A stretch of DNA of 64,000 nucleotides. It comes from Patescibacteria group bacterium (GTDB lineage: Bacteria; Patescibacteriota; Microgenomatia; PFEM01; JAHIFH01). The DNA is taken from assembly GCA_035529375.1 (NCBI GenBank), contig DATKWU010000009.1:93848-157847 (forward strand). Direction: 5' to 3'. Of the stretch, positions 53,916-63,995 are shown piece after piece. Below the pieces are notes generated by a model. That model worked only from the letters and a program-made list of their open reading frames with translations, had not been told where the DNA came from and did not search any database. The first letter of the stretch is position 1, and each line of letters starts with the position of its first letter. The translations under genes were made by a program, and so were the position numbers.

Positions 53916-55276
53916 TTTTTCATTACTTTGATTTTGAGTTCTTTTAATTGAGCTTCATCAACTTCACCGGGAGCATCCATCACTGATGTTTGACCACCGG
54001 CCGTCATCGGAAAAGCGATTAATTCTCGTACCGAACGTTCTCCTAGAGCCGCTAGCAAAAATCTATCAATGCCCGGAGCAATACCACCATGAGGCGGAAC
54101 TCCATATTCAAACGCTTTAAGAAGGTGACCAAATTTCTTCTCTATCTCTTTTTCCGAAAGGCCTAGAATTTTAAAAATTTTTCGCTGGATCTTGGGATCA
54201 GTAATCCTAATACTCCCTCCACCCACCTCCAAGCCGTTACAAACTAAGTCATGCTGCCAAGAACGCGCTTTCATTGGGTCTTTATCTAACAAAGGAAGAT
54301 CTTCATCTTTGGGAGCAGTAAAAGGATGGTGAGAGGGACTTAATTCTCTTTCTTTTGTCTTTTCAAATAAAGGAAAATCAATCACCCAAGCAAAAGCCAC
54401 TACCTTAGGATCTTTTTTCTTACGCAGATCAAATTTATCACTGCCAAATTTTTTCATTGCCTCGGCATGACTAAAACGAGGAAAAGGCTTTTTAAAAACT
54501 TTCTTTTTTAAAACTTTCTCCGTTATCTCAGTAAAAAGAGCTTCAGTAAGATTAAGAATCTCCTCCTGGGTTGTAAAAGACATTTCCAAATCAAGTTGAG
54601 TAAACTCTCCATAAGCCCGATCAATCCGAGGATCTTCATCACGAAAACAGCGGGCAATTTGGTAATACTTTTCAAATCCAGCTACCATTAATAATTGTTT
54701 GTATTGCTGAGGCGCCTGGGGTAAGGCGTAAAACTTGCCCGGCTGAAGTCGTGAGGGAACAAGAAAATCACGAGCGCCTTCTGGTGTAGCCTTGGAAAGA
54801 ATTGGTGTTTCGATTTCAATAAAACCTTTTTCATCAAGCCAATTACGAATGAATCTGATTACCCGATGTCTAATTTCAAGATTTTTTACTAATCGGGGTC
54901 GGCGCAGATCAAGATAGCGATACTTTAACCGAGTCTCTTCACCAATTTGATAACCATCACCTCGAATATCAAAAGGTAAATCTTCTGATCGAGCTAGAAT
55001 CTCAATCTTTTCTAATTCGACTTCTATTTCACCAGTGGGAATTTTAGGATTAATTAAATCCTTAGGTCTTTTTTTAACTTTGCCTTCTATTGTCACTACA
55101 TCCGAAATTCTTAATTCCCCTAGTTTTTCTTTACCGACAATCTGAACCAGGCCAGTTCTATCTTTCAAGTCAATAAAAACCAATTTACCATGGTCGCGCC
55201 GCCGATCAATCCAACCATTAAGTCTAACTTTTTTACCTATCTTTTTAGGTATTTCTTTAATAAGGGTTCTTTCCAT
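53912..55276 (-). CDS. aspS: Aspartyl-tRNA synthetase (archaeal/short type)
   Basis: 454 aa. OB-fold N-terminus plus class II motifs (FRDED, GGGSIRI, GIDR). Confidence 0.9.
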   Translation of the reverse strand: MERTLIKEIPKKIGKKVRLNGWIDRRRDHGKLVFIDLKDRTGLVQIVGKEKLGELRISDVVTIEGKVKKRPKDLINPKIPTGEIEVELEKIEILARSEDLPFDIRGDGYQIGEETRLKYRYLDLRRPRLVKNLEIRHRVIRFIRNWLDEKGFIEIETPILSKATPEGARDFLVPSRLQPGKFYALPQAPQQYKQLLMVAGFEKYYQIARCFRDEDPRIDRAYGEFTQLDLEMSFTTQEEILNLTEALFTEITEKVLKKKVFKKPFPRFSHAEAMKKFGSDKFDLRKKKDPKVVAFAWVIDFPLFEKTKERELSPSHHPFTAPKDEDLPLLDKDPMKARSWQHDLVCNGLEVGGGSIRITDPKIQRKIFKILGLSEKEIEKKFGHLLKAFEYGVPPHGGIAPGIDRFLLAALGERSVRELIAFPMTAGGQTSVMDAPGEVDEAQLKELKIKVMKK

Positions 55277-55314
55277 ATTTTAGATTCTATCCTCTAAAAG
55301 GATTTTTTGCAATT

Positions 55315-56958
55315 TTATTCTGGAATTTTAATGTCTTTAATTCTTAACTCTAACTGCTGGCGGCCATTCCATTGATTAAGAAAAAGATTATAGGCAAGGT
55401 CAACTGGTTGTTTGGTTGAAAGTTGAGGTAATAATTCTCCCTGACCAAAAGCAATCACCTCAAAGCCATTAACTCTAAATTTAAAATGTTGATTATCAGC
55501 CCCGACTCTTTTAAGATTAGCAATTCTTACTTGCCGGCTGGAAAAAACTGGTTGAGAATTATTCATCCCAAAAGGGGCAAATTTATTAATTTCTTGATAA
55601 AGAGCTAAGTTTAAATCAGTTAACTCAACCTCTATTTCAATTTCTATTCTCGGTCCTGATTTTTTCTTGCCTAAATCTTTTTCCGCCTTTTCTATTAATC
55701 TCTGTTTAGCTTCTTCTAATTTCTCCTGGCTGACATCAAAACCAGCCGCCAAACGATGACCACCATGGTCACCAATAATATCTTTCAATTCCCGAATGGC
55801 CTCAATAATATTAAACTCTTCAATTGACCGGCCCGAACCTACCCAACGATCTTTTCTGGGCGCTAAAATAATGGCTGGTCGATAAAATTCGTCTTTTAAT
55901 TTGCTCGCTACCAAACCAACAACACCATGCTCATAAGACTGATGGTAAATAAAGATCAAAGGACTTTCGCCATCTTCTTTTAACCAAAGTTCTCGAGCAT
56001 GAAGAGTGGTTTGTTTCATTAATTCCTGACGCTCACGATTTTTTTGGTCAATTTTCTGGGCTAAACTGATCGCTCGATTTTCATCATTAGTACAAATTAA
56101 GCGAAGCGCTTCCATCGGATCGTCCATCCTGCCACTGGCATTGATTCTTGGGCCAATAATAAAACCGACTTCATAGGTATCAATCTCTTTTTTATCAAGA
56201 CCAGCGAATTGATAAAGAGCTAACAAACCAGCTCGCTTAGTTTTGTTAACCTGGCTCAATCCGAATTTCACAATCGAGCGGTTAAGACCAACCAGAGGGA
56301 CCATATCGGTGATTGTTCCAATGGTAACTAAATCTAAATCAGGAGGTCTGGCTTTAACTTTAATTTTTTTAACCAGCCACTTGGCCAAAAACCAAGCCAC
56401 ACCACAACCAGCTAATTGGGTGGTATGGATAATGGCTCTTGCCTTAGGTCTCTTTTTTCCAGGCTGATGGTGATCAGTAATAATGACATCAATCCCTGTT
56501 TTTTTGGCATGAGCTACTTGACGATAAGTCACGATTCCTTGATCGACAGTAATAATTAATTTGACTCCCTCCTTAACCATTTGATCAATCACCTCAACCT
56601 TCAAACCATAGCCTTCTTCTCTTCGAGGGATAAAGGGCAGGACATTCAAACCTAATTTATTTAGAGTTTCCCACATAATCGCCGTCGCGCAAACACCATC
56701 AGTATCATAATCACCATAAACAATGACTTTTTCTTTTTTCTTAATTGCTTGTTTAATTCTTTTAAGCGCTTTATTTAATTGAACCAAGGAAATGCCAACA
56801 TCTTGAGGCGTCAATTGGCAGGGATCTTTGGGATTAAGAAATTCTTTTTGTTGTTTTTTTGTCTTCAAATCACGGTTCTTAAAAAGAGCTTTAACTATTT
56901 CTTCTCTTCTTCCTTGGGATTTAGTAGATTTAATTCTTGCTAAAACTTTCCATCTCAT
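55315..56958 (-). CDS. recJ: Single-stranded-DNA-specific exonuclease RecJ (DHH family)
   Basis: 547 aa. DHH motifs (VYGDYDTDG, ITDHH) plus a DHHA1 domain. Confidence 0.85.
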   Translation of the reverse strand: MRWKVLARIKSTKSQGRREEIVKALFKNRDLKTKKQQKEFLNPKDPCQLTPQDVGISLVQLNKALKRIKQAIKKKEKVIVYGDYDTDGVCATAIMWETLNKLGLNVLPFIPRREEGYGLKVEVIDQMVKEGVKLIITVDQGIVTYRQVAHAKKTGIDVIITDHHQPGKKRPKARAIIHTTQLAGCGVAWFLAKWLVKKIKVKARPPDLDLVTIGTITDMVPLVGLNRSIVKFGLSQVNKTKRAGLLALYQFAGLDKKEIDTYEVGFIIGPRINASGRMDDPMEALRLICTNDENRAISLAQKIDQKNRERQELMKQTTLHARELWLKEDGESPLIFIYHQSYEHGVVGLVASKLKDEFYRPAIILAPRKDRWVGSGRSIEEFNIIEAIRELKDIIGDHGGHRLAAGFDVSQEKLEEAKQRLIEKAEKDLGKKKSGPRIEIEIEVELTDLNLALYQEINKFAPFGMNNSQPVFSSRQVRIANLKRVGADNQHFKFRVNGFEVIAFGQGELLPQLSTKQPVDLAYNLFLNQWNGRQQLELRIKDIKIPE

Positions 56959-56981
56959 TGTGCTATCATAATAACATAGAA

Positions 56982-58391
56982 ATGAGCCAAAAACTCCCAG
57001 AAAAATTTAGTAAAAAAATTCCTAAAGAAATTTTGAGTGTCTTTAAAAAATTTACAGACCAAGGCCATGAAATCTATTTGGTCGGTGCTGGTGTGAGAAG
57101 TCTACTTCAAAATAAAGTTCCAATTGACTGTGATTTCACAACCAAGGCTACCCCTAAAATTATCCAGGCTTTATTCGATGATTCTTTTTACGATAATGCT
57201 TTTGGCACGGTCGGAATTCCTTTTAAAACTAAAAGAGGTGAAGAGGTTTATGAAATTACCACTTATCGAAAAGAATGGGGCTATTCTGATAAAAGAAGAC
57301 CAGATGAAGTTAAGTGGGGTAAAAAATTAGAAGAAGACTTAAGAAGAAGGGATTTCACTTTTAATGCCATTGTCATTGGACCAATCTTAAAAAATGGCCA
57401 GTGGGATCAAAAATCTTTGGAGCTGATTGACCTTTTTGATGGCCAAAAAGATTTTAAAAATAAAATTGTCAAGGCCGTAGGTGATCCGGATAAAAGATTT
57501 TCTGAGGACGCTCTAAGAATGATGCGAGCGATCCGTTTTGCTGCCCAACAAGGTTTTACCATCGAGAAAAAGACTTTTCAAGCGATCAAGAAAAACAACC
57601 AGTTAATCGATCAAATCAGTAAGGAAAGAGTTAGAGATGAACTGTTTAAGATTCTTACCAGCGATCATGCGGCTGATGGTTATTCAATCCTAAGAAACTC
57701 TGGCTTAGCCGAAATAATTCTGCCTGAAGTCAAAAAAATGTTTGGGGTTGAGCAAAAAAGCCCGGGTCGGCATCATCTTGACGACGTTGGCACTCATGCC
57801 ATTAAATCTCTTAAGGCTAGTAATTCCAGAGATCCAGTTGTTAACCTGGCGATTCTTATTCATGATGTTGGCAAGCCACTAGTGGCTGACAAAGATAAAA
57901 AAGGAACTATTACTTTCTACAATCATGAAATGGTTGGGACCCATTTAGCCCGAAACATTGCCCGAAGACTAAAATTTTCTAAAAAGGATGAGAATAGATT
58001 GATTACCCTAGTCCGTTGGCACCAATTCAGTGTTGATGAAAGACAAACCGATAAAGCTATCAGGCGTTTTATTAAAAATATTGGCAAGGAAAACTTAACC
58101 GATATGCTTGAATTAAGACGAGCAGACCGAGTTGGCGGTGGCGCCAGAGAAACCTCCTGGCGGTTTGAAAGATTTAAGAAAAAATTAGTCGAGGTTCAAA
58201 AACAACCTTTCTCTATTACTGATCTCAAGGTCAATGGTCAAGATGTTATGAAAATTCTGGGAATTCGTCCTGGACCAGTTGTGGGCAGGATTTTAAGCCA
58301 ACTATTTGAAGAGATTGAGGAAGATAAAAGTAAAAATAAACGCGCTTATCTTCTCAAAAGAATCAAACAGCTTGGAAAAAAACTAGCTTGA
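56982..58391 (+). CDS. cca: CCA-adding tRNA nucleotidyltransferase with HD domain
   Basis: Pol-beta NTase head (GAGVRSLL...DCDF) and an HD domain (HDVGK). The alternative upstream start at 56937 overlaps the 5' end of recJ; 56982 is preferred. Confidence 0.8.
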   Translation: MSQKLPEKFSKKIPKEILSVFKKFTDQGHEIYLVGAGVRSLLQNKVPIDCDFTTKATPKIIQALFDDSFYDNAFGTVGIPFKTKRGEEVYEITTYRKEWGYSDKRRPDEVKWGKKLEEDLRRRDFTFNAIVIGPILKNGQWDQKSLELIDLFDGQKDFKNKIVKAVGDPDKRFSEDALRMMRAIRFAAQQGFTIEKKTFQAIKKNNQLIDQISKERVRDELFKILTSDHAADGYSILRNSGLAEIILPEVKKMFGVEQKSPGRHHLDDVGTHAIKSLKASNSRDPVVNLAILIHDVGKPLVADKDKKGTITFYNHEMVGTHLARNIARRLKFSKKDENRLITLVRWHQFSVDERQTDKAIRRFIKNIGKENLTDMLELRRADRVGGGARETSWRFERFKKKLVEVQKQPFSITDLKVNGQDVMKILGIRPGPVVGRILSQLFEEIEEDKSKNKRAYLLKRIKQLGKKLA

Positions 58392-58717
58392 ACAACTCCA
58401 AAATGCTCCCAAAGAAAAAATTTATTAAAAAGGTTGAAGATTTTATCTGTGATGTTTGTGGTTTCAAAATAAAAGGTGCTGGTTACACTGATCATTGTCC
58501 TCATTGTCTTTTCAGCAAACATGTTGATATTAACCCTGGAGACAGGCAAGCAACTTGCCATGGTTTAATGGAACCAATTGGTATTACTCAAAGAAAAGGC
58601 AAACAGCAAATTCTCTATCGCTGTCAAAAGTGTGGCTATCAAAGGTTCAATAAGGTCTCACTAGAAGATAATCAAGAAAAACTTCTTGAAATTTCCTCAC
58701 TCCCTATTAAAGAATAA
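58388..58717 (+). CDS. Small zinc-ribbon protein (RNHCP-like)
   Basis: 109 aa. CDVCG...HCPHC...CQKCG cysteine pairs. Confidence 0.4.
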   Translation: MNNSKMLPKKKFIKKVEDFICDVCGFKIKGAGYTDHCPHCLFSKHVDINPGDRQATCHGLMEPIGITQRKGKQQILYRCQKCGYQRFNKVSLEDNQEKLLEISSLPIKE

Positions 58718-58719
58718 AT

Positions 58720-59592
58720 TCACTTTCTTTTGGCAAACTTTTCCCAAATAATTAATAGTGGTGCGGCCGTAAAAGTGGAAGAATAAGTTCCAGAAATTGT
58801 ACCAATCAACAAAGCGGCAACAAACCACCTAATCGTCGTGCCACCTAATAAAAGCAAAGCAATTAACATAAAGATAATGGTCATCGAGTTATTAACTGAT
58901 CGATTCAGGGTTTCGGTCACTGCCTTATTAACTATTTCTCTAAAAGGCGTTCTTGGTAATAATTTTTGTGATTCTCGAATTCGGTCATAAACAACAATCG
59001 TGTCGTGAACCGAAAAAGAAAGAATCGTTAACAGGGCGGTTACAAACAAAGTGTCAATTTCAACTCCTAAGAAATGGCCTAATAAAGAAAAACTACCAAG
59101 GAGAATAAAAGTGTCGTGGAACATCGCTAAAATAGCACAAACCCCAAATTTGACATCCTTAAACCGCCAAGCCACATAAGCGAGAATAAAACCAGCCGCT
59201 AAAATTATGGCCCAAATCGTTTTCCTAACCAACTCTTTGCCTAAAGTTGGCCCAACCGTTTCAAAACGAATCTCTTCTGTTTTTTGGCTAAAGCTTTCAT
59301 TGATAGCTGATTGAATTTCTCCAGCTTGGTTTTTTTCAATTGGCTGAAGACGAATTAAAATTTGATTTTCACCTGATTTTTGAATCGCTGAAACCTCAAA
59401 GTTTTTCTCAATCAGTAATTGATCGATCTCTTTAGGATTCAATTCTTGTTGGGCTTTCAATTCCAATAAACTGCCACCAGTAAAATCAATCGCCGGTCTT
59501 AAACCAAACAAAATCAGAGAAACAACCCCTGGGACTAAAACCAAGGCCGATAAGGCAAAGTAAAGCCATTTATATTTCATCCAATCAATCAT
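58720..59592 (-). CDS. secF: Protein translocase subunit SecF
   Basis: 290 aa with six TM helices. Co-oriented downstream of secD with a 4-bp overlap. Confidence 0.9.
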   Translation of the reverse strand: MIDWMKYKWLYFALSALVLVPGVVSLILFGLRPAIDFTGGSLLELKAQQELNPKEIDQLLIEKNFEVSAIQKSGENQILIRLQPIEKNQAGEIQSAINESFSQKTEEIRFETVGPTLGKELVRKTIWAIILAAGFILAYVAWRFKDVKFGVCAILAMFHDTFILLGSFSLLGHFLGVEIDTLFVTALLTILSFSVHDTIVVYDRIRESQKLLPRTPFREIVNKAVTETLNRSVNNSMTIIFMLIALLLLGGTTIRWFVAALLIGTISGTYSSTFTAAPLLIIWEKFAKRK

Positions 59593-60935
59593 TGTGTCTC
59601 CTTCCCGGAAAAGGTTCTTAAAATTGTTCGAGTAACCACCACCCCAGTAAACAAACTTAATAAAACTCCCAAACCAAGAGTTAAAGCAAAACCACGCACC
59701 ATACCCGAGGTATTAAGAAAAGACCAACTAAAAGGATTAAAAAGAATAAAACAGGTAATCAAGGTAGCCACATTGGCATCCCGAATCGAATCCCAAGCCC
59801 GGCCAAAACCTAATTCCATGGCCAGTGATTTTGATTTACCGTCTCTAATCTCTTCTTTCATCCTCTCAAAAATCAAGATATTAGCATCAACCGCCATCCC
59901 CACAGAAAGAATGAAACCCGCAATTCCCGGTAAAGTCAAAGTCACGGGAATTAATTTATAAAGCATTAAGGTAATCAAACCATAAATAATCAAACCAATA
60001 TCAGCTAAAATGCCTAAGCGGCCATAATAGGCCGCCATAAACAAAATCACCATTAATAAGCCAATTAAGCCTGCCTGAACACTCTTTTTGACTGACTCAG
60101 CGCCCAAAGTTGCCCCTACATTCCTTTGCTCAACGATTTTAATGGGGATGGGTAAAGCCCCAGCATTAAGTTGGGTTGCCAGTAATTTAGCTTCTTCGGT
60201 GGTAAATTCACCACTAATCACCGCTTTACCGGTAGTAATTTTTTCCCTAACTAGCGGTATCGTTACCGGCATTTCATCAAGAAAGATGGCCACTGGCTTA
60301 CCCACATTCCTAGCTGTTATCTCCCCGAACTTTCTTGCCCCCTCATCACTAAATTCCAAACCAACCACTGGTTCGCCTGTATTAGGATCAAACTGAACTT
60401 GGCTTTCATTCAAATCCGCCCCGGTTAAATCTGTTTTTTGATAATCTTCAAGGGTGGCCGCGGCCGTGGCTTCAGGGCTTAATTCCCGAAAATCAAGTTG
60501 AGCTGTCTGGCCGATTAAATCAACGGCTTGGTCAACATCAGTCACCCCAGGCAGTTCAACAATTAAACGATAGTTATCTCCCAATTTTGAAGTCTGAACT
60601 AAAGCTTCAGCTAAACCAAACAAATTAATTCTTCTTTCAATATTCTCTCTAGCCGCCTCCAAAGCTGCCTCTCGATTATCTTCGCCGATGCCACTCATCT
60701 CCGCTTGAAAAACTAAATGGCTGCCGCCAGCCAAATCAATGCCTTGTTTAACTTCTAAATCACGAAAAAATCTGAATTTACCAATCTGAAAATTTAAAAT
60801 TGGTCTGGTAAGTTCTTGATCTATTTTAAAACCATTAAAACTAAACTTTAGGGGAATTCTCGTGGGTAAATCAACAAAAATCGCCACCACGGTCAGAAGA
60901 ATAATCAGCCAGAGCAGATAACGGCGATCTCTCAT
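59589..60935 (-). CDS. secD: Protein translocase subunit SecD
   Basis: 448 aa. N-terminal TM segment, a large periplasmic domain, and C-terminal TM helices of the SecD/SecF family. Confidence 0.9.
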   Translation of the reverse strand: MRDRRYLLWLIILLTVVAIFVDLPTRIPLKFSFNGFKIDQELTRPILNFQIGKFRFFRDLEVKQGIDLAGGSHLVFQAEMSGIGEDNREAALEAARENIERRINLFGLAEALVQTSKLGDNYRLIVELPGVTDVDQAVDLIGQTAQLDFRELSPEATAAATLEDYQKTDLTGADLNESQVQFDPNTGEPVVGLEFSDEGARKFGEITARNVGKPVAIFLDEMPVTIPLVREKITTGKAVISGEFTTEEAKLLATQLNAGALPIPIKIVEQRNVGATLGAESVKKSVQAGLIGLLMVILFMAAYYGRLGILADIGLIIYGLITLMLYKLIPVTLTLPGIAGFILSVGMAVDANILIFERMKEEIRDGKSKSLAMELGFGRAWDSIRDANVATLITCFILFNPFSWSFLNTSGMVRGFALTLGLGVLLSLFTGVVVTRTILRTFSGKETQ

Positions 60936-61135
60936 TTCTTAACTTTTCTCCTCTTAGTCAAAGAAACTAAAGGTAGTTGGCGAGTGCCGCTAAAAGAATA
61001 AGTCACCTTGCCGGTTTCTGGTTCAACTTTAACCTGAACCGTCTGGCCAGCTTTAACCCCCACATTTCTAACAAAATCTGAAGGAATGGTTACCGCCAAA
61101 CTATTACCAGTTTTAATGATTTTTTGTTTTCCCAC
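60932..61135 (-). CDS. AbrB/MazE-type (SpoVT-AbrB) small DNA-binding protein
   Basis: 67 aa. Swapped-hairpin motif KIIKTGNSLAVTIPSDF. Its start overlaps the stop of the upstream gene (ATGA). Confidence 0.55.
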   Translation of the reverse strand: MGKQKIIKTGNSLAVTIPSDFVRNVGVKAGQTVQVKVEPETGKVTYSFSGTRQLPLVSLTKRRKVKK

Positions 61136-61725
61136 TATCCTTCTCCGTATTTGGCTACTAAGTCTTCTTGGTCACCAATAATCATCACTCTTGAACCCAA
61201 AAGGATACTCTGTAAAAAGGGGTCGCGCCTTTTCTTGCGAAAATTAAATTCATCCTTAGTCATCACCGTGTAATTAATTTCTCTGTTCAATTTCGCTTCT
61301 TCAGCTCGAACCAATTTAACCAAAGCCTGCATATCAATTTCACCGACAATTAAAAGATCAACTCCGCCTTCTTCGATAGGTAAACGACGGGCAAAACGAC
61401 CAGAGAACATAACTAATTTAATTCTGCCTAACTTTGATTTATTCTTGATTATTTCTTTGCCTAAACCAGTGGTTTTATTAACCATCGTCAGCAATTCTTC
61501 ATAAAGAGGATATTCGCGGTTAAAAAAGTAATAAAGGCGGTTACCCCGAGATTCTTTCTTGGCCATACCGGCTTTTTCCATTCGGGCCAATTCTCGCCGA
61601 ACGGCGTTAATTTCCTCATTAATCTTTCTTACTAACTGGCGAACATAGAAAATCTCATCAGGTTGATAAAGAAAGGTCTGAAGAAGCTTGACCCGGACTT
61701 TGGAAACCATTAAATCTTTAAGCAT
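61135..61725 (-). CDS. Winged-HTH plus minimal nucleotidyltransferase-fold protein
   Basis: 196 aa. The N-terminus is wHTH-like. The centre, LVMFSGRFARRLPIEEGGVDLLIVGE, matches the minimal NTase G[SG]...D.D signature. Confidence 0.45.
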   Translation of the reverse strand: MLKDLMVSKVRVKLLQTFLYQPDEIFYVRQLVRKINEEINAVRRELARMEKAGMAKKESRGNRLYYFFNREYPLYEELLTMVNKTTGLGKEIIKNKSKLGRIKLVMFSGRFARRLPIEEGGVDLLIVGEIDMQALVKLVRAEEAKLNREINYTVMTKDEFNFRKKRRDPFLQSILLGSRVMIIGDQEDLVAKYGEG

Positions 61726-61745
61726 GGTGCCTCCGGGCAGGTTTT

Positions 61746-62906
61746 TTAATAACTAACTTCGTTGCCAACTGGAAGAGTCTCAATCCAGATAGGACCACGA
61801 TTGAACTTAATCTCTTCTCCCTTAGCATCTTTGAAAATCGTTCTTGTCTTACGATTGGCTTTGTTCCAGGTCGCCTGGATTACCTGCCCATCTTGAAAAA
61901 CCAAGGCCTTACCTGTACCGGTGGTCGTATAGAGTAAATGCTTCAACTCATCAATCGGACCTTTTTCAATCATAAACTGAGCCACGACCACCTTAGCAAT
62001 TAACTGCTTATCATAGTCCAAGTCCTTATGTTCCTGACCACCATTAAAACGCAGATATTGATTATTCCCTTGATCATATTGCCAATCCACTCCATACTCT
62101 TGCTGGCCACTCCAAAAACTAAACTCAATCTTATCAACATCACCTTTATCCTGAGCGTCGTCTTTAAATTCCCAAGACTGCCAATCTTTGTCCCATTGAT
62201 TACCCTCATCATCTTTGGCATCAAGACCCCGATCATGAGCGATTGCGTAGAGTTTATCGGCGGTGGAATACATTGTGTGTTCGGTCGCCACCGGTCGTCC
62301 TAAGCGCTCATAATCACGCCAAAAAGTAGGAAAACCAAGAGAAAATTGATTCATGTCATTACCCTTAGCTAGCCAGCCATAATCAGCAATCTGGCCTAAA
62401 GCATTGGCTAGACCTGGTTTGTTAGCCCCACCAACATGAGTATAAAGAGGATAGTCGCCATACTCTGAAGTAAAATCCATAAAGTAAGTCCGGGCCGAGC
62501 GAACTGGACCAATGATAAAATCTTCAGCTACTGCCCCACAATAGTAAACGGCTAAGAAGCGGGTAATCCCTCCCTCGGCTACGGCTTCGTAAACAACATC
62601 AGCTTTAGAAAGACCGGATTGAGGCCGAGAATCAGCATGATTCTCAATCATAATGGTTAAAGGTCGTCGACCCTCCCAAATTCCCTTTTCTCCTTTAGTG
62701 AATAGTTGACCATTAAGAGGACAAGCTTCTGTCTTAGGCGCGGTTAAGTCAACCCTTGATCTGGCTTCATCGACAGCCAAAGGTGAAATCATACTAGGAG
62801 CAGGACTGACAATAAAATGAAAGGCAGCGTAAGAAACTCCTGTTGAAGCTAAATATAAAAGAAGACCACCAATGATCATCGTTAATTTCTTTTTATTTAA
62901 ACTCAT
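61746..62906 (-). CDS. Secreted hypothetical protein (DUF3048-like)
   Basis: 386 aa with an N-terminal signal/TM segment. Its size and adjacency to a DUF4446-like gene resemble a conserved Firmicutes/CPR pair. Confidence 0.45.
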   Translation of the reverse strand: MSLNKKKLTMIIGGLLLYLASTGVSYAAFHFIVSPAPSMISPLAVDEARSRVDLTAPKTEACPLNGQLFTKGEKGIWEGRRPLTIMIENHADSRPQSGLSKADVVYEAVAEGGITRFLAVYYCGAVAEDFIIGPVRSARTYFMDFTSEYGDYPLYTHVGGANKPGLANALGQIADYGWLAKGNDMNQFSLGFPTFWRDYERLGRPVATEHTMYSTADKLYAIAHDRGLDAKDDEGNQWDKDWQSWEFKDDAQDKGDVDKIEFSFWSGQQEYGVDWQYDQGNNQYLRFNGGQEHKDLDYDKQLIAKVVVAQFMIEKGPIDELKHLLYTTTGTGKALVFQDGQVIQATWNKANRKTRTIFKDAKGEEIKFNRGPIWIETLPVGNEVSY

Positions 62907-63376
62907 CTTATTCTTTTTGCTTTTTTAATTGCTTGTTTTTCCTCGGCCGATAAGTCATAACCAGCGGCTTTACTCTTTTTGACTGGCTTGGCATAAATCC
63001 TGGTAGTATCTCGACTGTGCAAACTTGAAATAACCAAGCCATTGCCTCTTCCATCTAATAATGATAAACAAAAACTTTGATCTCCGCCAGTCTCTGCAAA
63101 AGGATTATAGCGCACTAAACCAACTTTTTGAATATTATACAAATTATTCTTTTCTAATTCTTCTGCAATCCTAACTAGTTTATCAATTTCTTTGGTTTGT
63201 TTGTCAAAATCTTTAAATAATTTCTCTAAAACGCTCTTCAAATCTTTCTTAGTTATTCCTTTGGTCAACTTCCATAAAGGTGATAAAAATTTGTAAAAAA
63301 GAAAGCTCAAGGCAATCAGCCAAACAAAAATGATACCTATTAAAACAATAAGAAGTTGATCAAAATTGAGTAACAT
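62903..63376 (-). CDS. Membrane-anchored hypothetical protein (DUF4446-like)
   Basis: 157 aa. N-terminal TM segment and a coiled-coil middle. Overlaps the downstream gene by 4 bp. Confidence 0.45.
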   Translation of the reverse strand: MLLNFDQLLIVLIGIIFVWLIALSFLFYKFLSPLWKLTKGITKKDLKSVLEKLFKDFDKQTKEIDKLVRIAEELEKNNLYNIQKVGLVRYNPFAETGGDQSFCLSLLDGRGNGLVISSLHSRDTTRIYAKPVKKSKAAGYDLSAEEKQAIKKAKRIR

Positions 63377-63433
63377 TCTTACCTTATCAACTTGATTTTA
63401 AACAGGTTCAATGTTATTGTCAATCTAGGAAAA

Positions 63434-63724
63434 ATGGCAAAAAAACGGAAAACCAGACAGGAAAAGATTATTCTCCAGCTAAAAAGAGAGTTAGCTAAAA
63501 AGAGTCAAGTCCCAGCTTCAAAAAACACAGAATCCGAACCTAGTCAAGAGGCAATTTCCCAGCCCAAAAAAATCAAGGCTGAAAAAAAGCTTTCCCTGAA
63601 AAAGACCGATATTTCTATCCTTTCTTTTGAACCAAGCCTAATCAGGCACGACCTAGTTAAAACCCTGATTTTAAGTCTAGCTGTTATTAGCCTTGAATTT
63701 ATGTTATACTTAGCCTTAAGGTAG
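63434..63724 (+). CDS. Hypothetical Lys-rich protein with a C-terminal TM segment
   Basis: Start taken at the internal ATG (MAKKRKTRQEK). Basic N-terminus, hydrophobic C-terminus. Confidence 0.3.
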   Translation: MAKKRKTRQEKIILQLKRELAKKSQVPASKNTESEPSQEAISQPKKIKAEKKLSLKKTDISILSFEPSLIRHDLVKTLILSLAVISLEFMLYLALR

Positions 63725-63792
63725 GCTTGAAAATTTCTCCTGCCCGAAAATAAAAAATATTTAACTTAATTGAGAGGAGGTGAAAAGAATCT

Positions 63793-63933
63793 ATGGCAGA
63801 CTTTTATTGTGTAAAGTGTCGCGCTAAAAGAAACGGCAAGGACGTTCAGAAAGTTACTATGAAGAACGGCAAACCAGCCAGAAAGGCAGTTTGTGAGGTA
63901 TGCGGCACAACTATGTTCAGAATCGGAGGCTAA
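63793..63933 (+). CDS. Small zinc-ribbon protein (46 aa)
   Basis: Not in the ORF track. ATG at 63793 with a strong RBS (GAGAGGAGGTGAAAAGAATCT). Translation MADFYCVKCRAKRNGKDVQKVTMKNGKPARKAVCEVCGTTMFRIGG, with CxxC...CxxC. Followed by a terminator. Confidence 0.5.
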   Translation: MADFYCVKCRAKRNGKDVQKVTMKNGKPARKAVCEVCGTTMFRIGG

Positions 63934-63954
63934 GCCTTCTCTCTGAAAAGTTGT

Positions 63955-63995
63955 AACTTTTAAAACCCAGCTCTTCTTGGGGTTGGGTTTTTTTA
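63955..63995 (+). terminator. Rho-independent terminator
   Basis: AACCCAGCTCTTCTTGGGGTTGGGTTTTTTTAG: a GC stem plus a T-run after the small zinc-ribbon ORF. Confidence 0.45.
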
